Below, one piece after another: positions 30,015-36,380 of a stretch of DNA of 51,760 bases. The notes beneath the pieces were generated by a model. It was not told the DNA's origin. It made no database searches and saw nothing but the letters and a program-made list of their open reading frames with translations. The stretch comes from a virus. Lineage: Duplodnaviria; Caudoviricetes. A program made the translations under genes and the position numbers. Location: positions 1 through 51,760 of IMG/VR virus record IMGVR_UViG_3300024423_000004; one strand, 5' to 3'. Positions within the stretch are counted from its first letter, which is position 1, and the number at the start of each line of letters is the position of its first letter.

Positions 30015-30671
30015 TTATTCATAAATTAAATTTACTTTAGCATAATCAATATCAGCTGGTCTTTTTTTATTCCAATGTATAATATAAGGCAAGTCTTCAT
30101 TAGTTGTTATTATAACTGGATTACCATTTTTAGAACCGTTGAAACTAGTATAGTGCATAATAGAATTGTAGTTATAAGGCAAACTTTCTTCTTCATATAG
30201 AGGATTATCAAATAATTCAAAATTGTGTTCAAAATTAACTATCATATTTTCTGGATAAATCTCAACATATTCGTCTCTGTCAGGTCGTTGATGTTCATGT
30301 ATAAGACCTAGAACATGACCGAGTTCATGCAAGATTACGCTGAAATATCCCACTTCGATAAAAGTCATTTCGGAGTCTTTGTGTTGTCCGAGTATAGCAT
30401 GTGGTCGATACAAATCATCAATAAGGGGCGCTTTTCCTATTTTACAGATATACTGTTCAATTCCACTTGCCTCTATAAATTCAACTATAGTACCGTCTTC
30501 CCAGATATCCATAGCTTTACGGACAACATCTTGTTCGCTATCTGAAACTTCATCACGAAATTGATAATAAACAATTCCATTCTCCCATTTTTGTATAATA
30601 CTATCATCTTCTTGTTCAAAATTACAGCCAATAAGAAAAAAAATTAAAAATAAAATACTTAATTTTTTCAT
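30015..30671 (-). CDS. Astacin-family (M12A) zinc metalloprotease, predicted lipoprotein
   Basis: HELGHVLGLIHEHQRPDRD zinc motif, SIMHY Met-turn, signal peptide MKKLSILFLIFFLIG-C. Confidence 0.9.
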   Translation of the reverse strand: MKKLSILFLIFFLIGCNFEQEDDSIIQKWENGIVYYQFRDEVSDSEQDVVRKAMDIWEDGTIVEFIEASGIEQYICKIGKAPLIDDLYRPHAILGQHKDSEMTFIEVGYFSVILHELGHVLGLIHEHQRPDRDEYVEIYPENMIVNFEHNFELFDNPLYEEESLPYNYNSIMHYTSFNGSKNGNPVIITTNEDLPYIIHWNKKRPADIDYAKVNLIYE

Positions 30672-30910
30672 TTTGTGTACCTCTTTTTATAAATTATAAA
30701 ATACGTATGTCCTTCTTCACAAATTTCTTTTATTGCATGTTTTTCATTTAATAAAAAATCAGTAATTATTTTTTCTTTTGCTTTTATCAAATTACCATAA
30801 TATTTTACTGCCATAAGAGTTAGTCTATTATGAAGGTAAGGGAAATTTATCCAAAAATCACTAATTTTTTTACCATTTTTTATTGTTAATAAAATATTTT
30901 TGATTTCCAT
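30668..30910 (-). CDS. Hypothetical protein
   Basis: GAGG RBS; coupled to the astacin gene. Confidence 0.6.
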   Translation of the reverse strand: MEIKNILLTIKNGKKISDFWINFPYLHNRLTLMAVKYYGNLIKAKEKIITDFLLNEKHAIKEICEEGHTYFIIYKKRYTK

Positions 30911-30921
30911 TTTATTTCCTC

Positions 30922-31599
30922 CTATTCAAGATTAAGTATTAATTTTTCTTTGATAGGTATTATTAATTCAATTATTTTATCTTTAAATGAATTTGCATAT
31001 TTGTGGCTTTTGCCTTGTTGCCTTGCATGATCATAAAAGCAAATTTTATTTTTAAGGGCCTCTATAGCAAGCTGTTTATAATGTAAATCTATTTCTTCAA
31101 AAGATTCAACGAATTTAATTATTTCAGAAAATAAATATTCCAGTTGTTCAAATTTTATAAATTTTTCTTCTTCAGAAATTTCTTCTTTAATTTGTTTATA
31201 TAGATTCATAATTTGTTCTTTTTCACATGAGCTATATTCGGTATTGCATTGTTTGCATTGTTTATTTCTTCTGTCATATGCAACAACAACATTACACTCT
31301 GGACAGTATTTTATTAATCTTTGAGAACAAATTGATCTATAATAATCAAGTATTGCCCCTTTTCCTCTTCTAACACAAAAAGCAACGGGATCTCCTATAT
31401 CTATTTTAGCCCTAAAAATAGCATTAAAGCAAGCGAACATATATTCTGCTTTAAGTTCATCCTGTGAAAAAAGATAATTTTCAATTTTGTGAGGTACATA
31501 CCTTCTTTCAAATTCAGAAAGGATTATCTTTTCTTCCATTAATTTGGAATTGCCTTCCTGGATTTTTTTGATAATTGAATTGAATTGATTGTTTGACAT
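30922..31599 (-). CDS. Sigma-factor-like protein (region 2) with a zinc ribbon
   Basis: IKKIQEGN, QDELKAEYM.A.FNAI and F..RRGKGAILDYYR resemble sigma regions 1.2-2.4; CPEC..CKQC follows. Confidence 0.62.
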   Translation of the reverse strand: MSNNQFNSIIKKIQEGNSKLMEEKIILSEFERRYVPHKIENYLFSQDELKAEYMFACFNAIFRAKIDIGDPVAFCVRRGKGAILDYYRSICSQRLIKYCPECNVVVAYDRRNKQCKQCNTEYSSCEKEQIMNLYKQIKEEISEEEKFIKFEQLEYLFSEIIKFVESFEEIDLHYKQLAIEALKNKICFYDHARQQGKSHKYANSFKDKIIELIIPIKEKLILNLE

Positions 31600-31848
31600 T
31601 TATTTGTCACTCCTTTTTAATAAATTATTTTTAAATATTATAAGATTATTAGGTGTTATTAAATGCACTTTATATTTATATTTTTGTACAATATCACATA
31701 TTATAGAATAGGGTAATTCTAAAGTATCCTTTTTAAGGTAAAAATTAATTAACCCAGATGATATATTAGAATTATTTTCTTTTTTCTTTAGAAAAAATTT
31801 CACTTCATCACGTAAGACTAAATTTAATTCTTCTATTATGTTTATCAT
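31600..31848 (-). CDS. Hypothetical protein
   Basis: GGGGAG RBS; 82 aa. Confidence 0.6.
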   Translation of the reverse strand: MINIIEELNLVLRDEVKFFLKKKENNSNISSGLINFYLKKDTLELPYSIICDIVQKYKYKVHLITPNNLIIFKNNLLKRSDK

Positions 31849-31866
31849 GTTTTATACTCCCCTTTT

Positions 31867-31896
31867 AAAAAACAGGGCACAATTATTTGTGCCTCT
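31867..31896 (-). terminator. Intrinsic terminator/attenuator within the leftward operon
   Basis: Minus strand reads GGCACAA-ATAA-TTGTGCC then CTGTTTTTT. Confidence 0.65.
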
Positions 31897-31901
31897 TTAT
31901 T

Positions 31902-32180
31902 TTAGTGTTGAAATTTTAATCCCTTAGCAGTTAGAATAATAGGTTTTCCAATTACCCTCTTGATAAGTTTACATTTTTCAAGGAAAGTTAAATCTTTCCG
32001 GATATTTCTAAATTGATTTTCTTCATTTTCACCTGCATAAGATTTACATTTAGTACCAAATAAATGTGCAAGTGAATTTTTAGTAAATTCTCCGGAGTGT
32101 TCTTTTAAAAAATCAAGAAGTTCATACCTTCTTGCCTGACAATTTTTATTCAGGGTTTTAAATCTATCTATCTTTTCCAT
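31902..32180 (-). CDS. Winged-helix DNA-binding protein
   Basis: RRYELLDFL...T..SLA..F...IRKDL..LE...LI...LT.KG pattern; AAGGAGG RBS. Confidence 0.65.
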   Translation of the reverse strand: MEKIDRFKTLNKNCQARRYELLDFLKEHSGEFTKNSLAHLFGTKCKSYAGENEENQFRNIRKDLTFLEKCKLIKRVIGKPIILTAKGLKFQH

Positions 32181-32212
32181 TGTGGGACCTCCTTAGGTCG
32201 TATAATTTTTTT

Positions 32213-32270
32213 GGCTTATCTCATCAGCGCCAGTAAGCCATTTCTGACGGAAGCCCGAAGGCTTTTCGAT
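32213..32270 (-). ncRNA. Type II hammerhead ribozyme with a loop I / 3' tail pseudoknot
   Basis: Minus strand: AUC GAAA AGCC UUCG GGCU UC^ CGUCAG AAAUGGCUUA CUGGCG CUGAUGA GAU AAGCC; complete catalytic core and stems I-III. Confidence 0.9.
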
Positions 32271-32422
32271 TATTCTTCTTCTCTTCCAAATAGAATTTGA
32301 TATTGAGATATTATTTCTTTATCTGTCATATATTCTAAATCTTCTTGAGTAAAAGCACTCTCTTCTATTAATGCACTTCCTTTTAAAATTACGTCTTCAT
32401 TAACATGATTTTCAAATTTCAT
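32270..32422 (-). CDS. 50-aa acidic hypothetical protein (MKFENHVNED...GREEE)
   Basis: TGATG coupling with the upstream ORF; stop codon abuts the ribozyme. Confidence 0.6.
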   Translation of the reverse strand: MKFENHVNEDVILKGSALIEESAFTQEDLEYMTDKEIISQYQILFGREEE

Positions 32423-32604
32423 CATATTATTAACCAATATAATTCGTATCTTGCTTGTCTAATTTCTTTTAATTCTTCTTCTAAAGAATCCACTTGAAAA
32501 GTATTTGCTTTGTATAATTTGCAAAGGATTGCTTTTTCTAAAAGTGCAAGGGGTTTATCTTTTGCTTGATATATTTTTTGTTGTATTCTACTTAATTTTC
32601 TCAT
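32422..32604 (-). CDS. Hypothetical protein, first gene of the leftward operon
   Basis: GGAGG RBS, just downstream of the consensus promoter. Confidence 0.7.
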   Translation of the reverse strand: MRKLSRIQQKIYQAKDKPLALLEKAILCKLYKANTFQVDSLEEELKEIRQARYELYWLII

Positions 32605-32644
32605 TTTTGTCCTCCATAAGACATCTTAAATTTATTCTATAACC

Positions 32645-32673
32645 ATTATATCACACCTTGTCAATTTTGTCAA
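32645..32673 (-). promoter_or_regulatory. Consensus sigma70 promoter (probable early promoter)
   Basis: TTGACA (32673-32668), 17-bp spacer, TATAAT (32650-32645) with extended TGn; a second TTGACA lies at 32664-32659. Confidence 0.88.
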
Positions 32674-32698
32674 GATAAACGTGTGTTAAGTAAACAAA

Positions 32699-33094
32699 AA
32701 TTCTGTTTCCTTTATTTTTCCTTGCATTTTAGAAATTTTGGCCCCTTTAATATTCTAAAATTACTTAAAGGCCAAAGAAAATACCAGAAAAACAGAAGGA
32801 AGTATTATTTTGATAAATACATGATTGTATAGCATTGTAAAGGAATTATTTTGTTTAGTGATTTTTAATTTTCTTTACTATACATTTGTTTACCGACATA
32901 AATGCATGTCCATGTTTATTAAACTTTGAATAATTTCAAGTAAGTTTGAATAAATTTATTATATAATACAAATGTATAGTATATATATCTTGTTCTGTTT
33001 CTCTGATATCTTCTTTAGCTTCTAGTGGTTTTTTAGCTGTTTCAATATTCTAAAAATTTTTAAAACGCAAGGAAGATATTAAGGAGACAGAATT
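32699..33094. repeat. Nested long inverted repeats; candidate origin or structured ncRNA
   Basis: Arms 32699-32739/33053-33094, 32774-32797/32993-33016 and 32876-32889/32968-32981, plus internal hairpins. Confidence 0.8.
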
Positions 33095-33363
33095 AATTTG
33101 ATATCAAATAATAAATTCCTAAACAAATGTGTAGTAAATTCATGAAAGGATATTCTTTGTCCGATAATACATTAAAAACAATAACAAAAACAATAAAGAC
33201 TAAATCAAGTACATAATAATCAATTTTTAATCTATTATGGAAAGAGGGATAAAAGTATTTTCTGACAAAAATAATGTCTTGCGGGACGCTTTCATTTAAA
33301 ATTAAAAAAAGAAGAATACGAAAGAAATATGGGAAGAAAGAAATCTTTTGGTCGTACACGACC

Positions 33364-33390
33364 TAAGATATAAATAATTTTGTCCGATAT
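33364..33390 (+). promoter_or_regulatory. Sigma28-like promoter candidate
   Basis: TAAG-N15-TCCGATAT, about 22 nt upstream of ATG 33413. Confidence 0.45.
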
Positions 33391-33412
33391 AAAAATAAAT
33401 GTTGAGGTAAAC

Positions 33413-33586
33413 ATGGAAAAATCAAAAAATTATAAAAAAAGTAAATGCGTTGTTTGTGGAATTAAATTTAAACCTTGGAGATATGACCAAATTTGTTGTA
33501 AATATGAATGTTCAAGGAAGAAATCTCAAAAAGAAGCTTATGATAAAAGGAAACTTAAAGCAAATTTAAAATGTCCGATAAAATAA
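33413..33586 (+). CDS. Small Cys-rich zinc-finger protein
   Basis: CVVCG.KF.P....Q.CC..EC; GAGGT RBS before ATG 33413. Confidence 0.7.
   Translation: MEKSKNYKKSKCVVCGIKFKPWRYDQICCKYECSRKKSQKEAYDKRKLKANLKCPIK
33556..33581 (+). promoter_or_regulatory. Sigma28-like promoter candidate
   Basis: TAAA-N14-TCCGATAA, ending 7 nt before the tRNA-like 5' end. Confidence 0.5.
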
Positions 33587-33588
33587 TA

Positions 33589-34117
33589 GGCAAAGTGGTG
33601 GAATTGGTAAATGCACTGTCGTGGTTATCTTGGAGATATCATGTCCAAAAGATGGTTAGAAAAAGAAAAAATATTTGTGAAAGAAAATTATAAAATAATG
33701 GATTATAAAGATATTGCTAAAATATTAGGAAGAACTTGTAATTCAATTTATAAATATGTTTCAAGAAATTTAGAAGCACTGTCTAAAATGGAAATTGGCA
33801 AAAGAGGTTATAAAAATTCATCTATAAGCAGTAGAAATATGAAAAAAGAAAATAATCCATATTGGAAAGGTAATATTTCTAAAAATCATTATCACTATAA
33901 AAAATTACAAAAAGAAAGATATCCAGAAAGAATAAGAGCAAGAGAAAAAGTTTTTTATGCAATAAAATCAGGAAAACTTATAAAAAAACCTTGTGAAGAG
34001 TGTGGGGACCAGAATAGCCATGCTCATCATGAAAATTATTTAAATCCACTTGATGTAATATGGCTTTGTCCATTACATCATAGGCAAAGACACTGTTCAT
34101 GAATCCTGCCTTTGCCA
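33589..34117 (+). pseudogene. Interrupted tRNA (Leu-like): 5' part and 3' end flank an HNH ORF
   Basis: 5' GGCAAAG-TG-GTGGAATTGGTAAATGCAC (acceptor and D arm); 3' GAATCCTGC-CTTTGCC-A (T-loop end, T-stem strand, acceptor, discriminator). Anticodon not identifiable. Confidence 0.7.
33641..34102 (+). CDS. HNH-like endonuclease with N-terminal HTH and NUMOD-like motif
   Basis: W...E...IAKILGRT, ENNPYWKG and CEECG...HAHHENY.NPLDVIWLCPLHH motifs; GGAG RBS before ATG 33641. Confidence 0.78.
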   Translation: MSKRWLEKEKIFVKENYKIMDYKDIAKILGRTCNSIYKYVSRNLEALSKMEIGKRGYKNSSISSRNMKKENNPYWKGNISKNHYHYKKLQKERYPERIRAREKVFYAIKSGKLIKKPCEECGDQNSHAHHENYLNPLDVIWLCPLHHRQRHCS

Positions 34118-34119
34118 AT

Positions 34120-34205
34120 GGGGAAACTAGAAATTAAAGTTATGAAAGGTTTTATTGTATTCGGTGATTAAATATAATAGACAAATTGGAGTTTCTAGTT
34201 TCCTC
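34120..34205 (+). promoter_or_regulatory. Branched stem-loop upstream of purZ
   Basis: 16-bp stem 34120-34135/34190-34205 and inner 11-bp stem 34151-34161/34171-34181; deviations are G-U pairs. Confidence 0.6.
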
Positions 34206-34231
34206 TATTTTAAAATAAAAAAGGAAAGATT

Positions 34232-35314
34232 ATGGAAAAAGAAAAAAAAATTATTGATGTGATTGTAGGTTGTCAATTTGGGAGTGAAGCAAAAGGATTA
34301 GTTGCTTCTTATGTTGCTTCTATAGAAAAATATGATTGGCTAATTTCTGTAAATTCTGCACAAGCAGGTCATACAGCTCCTTATTGGAAAGAAGGGGAAA
34401 AAGAACCGGAGATGATAGTAACTAGACAATTGCCTAGTTCATGTATAACGGATTTTGAAGCAAAAATTTTTATTGGTCCAGGTGCTGTTATTAATCCTGA
34501 AGTTTTAGTAGAAGAAATTATTATGTTGGAAGAAAAGGGAATTCCTATTTGTGACAGGCTTTTCATTTCAGAGAATGCTACAATTGTTACAGAAGAAGAT
34601 ATAATAGCAGAATCTGTAAATAATTTAACTAATAGGTTAGGTAGTACAAATGAAGGTATTGGGTCAGCTCTTGCTATGAGGGCAATGAGAAAATCTCTTC
34701 AGATTAAAAATTCTTTTATTGATATTATAAAAAATTTGAAGTCTAAAGGATTAGAAAAATCTTTTACTTTAGTATCTGATTATTTTTCTGTTGATCATAT
34801 TTCAGGGAAGATTTTAATTGAAGGAAGTCAAGGTTATGGTCTTTCTATAATGAGTGGTTATTATCCATTTTGTACAAGTAGAGATACAACAACTGCAGCA
34901 TTTTTATCTTATGCACAATTATCACCTCTTGATGTAAGGGATGTTTATGGAGTCTATAGGACTTATCCCATTAGAGTAGGAGGCAATAGTGGACCAATGC
35001 ATGAAGAGATTGATTGGCCGATAATAGAAGGAAGATCAGGTTATAAAGATTTGGCTGAATTTACTACTGTAACAAAAAGAATGCGCAGAATAGGTGAATG
35101 GGATAACAATTTAGCCAAAAAGGCTACTATTGTAAATGGAGTGACAAAACCGATTCTTTGTTTTGCTAATTATTTAGACAAAAATGTAGAAAATGCATTA
35201 TGTTTGGATGAATTTCCCGAAGAAATATTACAAGAAATTGCAAAAAGAGCAGAATCAATTGGCCAGCCTTGGTTTGCTATTTCAACGAATAAACATGGAA
35301 ATTTTTTAACTTAA
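34232..35314 (+). CDS. purZ: PurZ/PurZ0-type succinylamino-deoxyadenylate synthetase (PurA paralogue)
   Basis: GCQFGSEAKG has Ser in place of the PurA catalytic Asp (GDEGKG); AGHT, GST..G.G, EGSQG, YPFCTSRD, RTYPIRVGGNSGP and TTVTKRMRR motifs. Confidence 0.85.
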   Translation: MEKEKKIIDVIVGCQFGSEAKGLVASYVASIEKYDWLISVNSAQAGHTAPYWKEGEKEPEMIVTRQLPSSCITDFEAKIFIGPGAVINPEVLVEEIIMLEEKGIPICDRLFISENATIVTEEDIIAESVNNLTNRLGSTNEGIGSALAMRAMRKSLQIKNSFIDIIKNLKSKGLEKSFTLVSDYFSVDHISGKILIEGSQGYGLSIMSGYYPFCTSRDTTTAAFLSYAQLSPLDVRDVYGVYRTYPIRVGGNSGPMHEEIDWPIIEGRSGYKDLAEFTTVTKRMRRIGEWDNNLAKKATIVNGVTKPILCFANYLDKNVENALCLDEFPEEILQEIAKRAESIGQPWFAISTNKHGNFLT

Positions 35315-35364
35315 TAAAATAATTTGAACAAAATATTAAATTTAAATAAAAAGAGGTACTAATT

Positions 35365-36372
35365 ATGTCGTGGATGCCACAAGATAATAAAGGAGACTCA
35401 AAATTGAAGTCTACTTGGGAATATAGGGATGGCATGGAATTTGTAACTATATTACCTAACACAACAAGAGATTTTATCCTTCTTCAAGGAGATAATGATC
35501 CAACAAAAACTTGGAATAGTCCAAAAATTGCTTGGGTACATGAATTTAAAAATCATAAAGGAAGTTTTTCAACTATAATTTGTAATAAATGGAAACAAGC
35601 ATGTCCATGTTGTTATGAAAATGAACGATATAAACAAAAAAATCCTAATTATAGAAATGCTGGTGGAAGATTGCCTTATGGTTTAAGCAAAAAGGCTTTA
35701 ATTCAAGTATATGATTTTCAAGAACAAAGAGTACTTTGGATTTTAGCAGGTAAACAAATTCAAGATGGAATAGAATTTGTCTTTACTAAAGATACTTTTG
35801 ATAATCGTATTTCTATAACTAGAATAGGTGAAAAACTTAATACGAATTATAGAGTAGATATAAATAAAGTTCCAATTACACAAGAAATTCAAGAAGCAAT
35901 CAATCAATCAATGGTATCTTGGGAAGATACAGATATAATGATATATCCTTCAGATCAAGAATTTTATGAAAAGAGTGGGATGAATCCTTATATTTTTTTT
36001 CAAAAGGCATCATATCAAGTAGATGGTATAGATATTAGTAGTTGGGGACCTATTCCTAGTAAAGATCAAGTGAATATAGAACAAACGCAAAGCAATGTTG
36101 TGCAAGAAAATAAAACAACAATTGTAAATTCCGATCATAATATATCAACAACTGTAAATTTACCAATAGATATTAGGGAGGCTTTAGATACTAAATGTCA
36201 ATCTGGTATTTATGTCAATCAATCTTTAGAGGAAATTATTATTCAAACTGGTAAAACTTATTTGATGTTTTTGTCTGCAAAGGGACAAGAAGCGGAATCT
36301 ATACAATCTAAATTATTAATTGATAATTGGGAATTAATTCAATCTTATATTGATAATAAAGCAAGTTTTTAA
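35365..36372 (+). CDS. Putative single-stranded DNA-binding protein (T4 gp32-like)
   Basis: WVHEF..C...CPCC zinc site and ISITRIG..LNT.Y motif; directly upstream of recA. Confidence 0.6.
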   Translation: MSWMPQDNKGDSKLKSTWEYRDGMEFVTILPNTTRDFILLQGDNDPTKTWNSPKIAWVHEFKNHKGSFSTIICNKWKQACPCCYENERYKQKNPNYRNAGGRLPYGLSKKALIQVYDFQEQRVLWILAGKQIQDGIEFVFTKDTFDNRISITRIGEKLNTNYRVDINKVPITQEIQEAINQSMVSWEDTDIMIYPSDQEFYEKSGMNPYIFFQKASYQVDGIDISSWGPIPSKDQVNIEQTQSNVVQENKTTIVNSDHNISTTVNLPIDIREALDTKCQSGIYVNQSLEEIIIQTGKTYLMFLSAKGQEAESIQSKLLIDNWELIQSYIDNKASF

Positions 36373-36380
36373 GAGGAAAT

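Noticed and set aside
33093-33359. 88-aa hydrophobic minus-strand ORF
   Set aside because: Its hydrophobicity mirrors an A-rich plus strand; no RBS; it overlaps putative regulatory motifs.
33589-34117. tmRNA, or a tRNA with a self-splicing group I intron
   Set aside because: No G3-U70 alanine acceptor; the inner ORF has its own RBS and ATG; no non-coding space for an intron core.
34232-35314. Ordinary adenylosuccinate synthetase (purA) as an auxiliary metabolic gene
   Set aside because: The catalytic Asp of GDEGKG is Ser and the TKLD segment is replaced; the gene context fits PurZ better. Not excluded without an assay.
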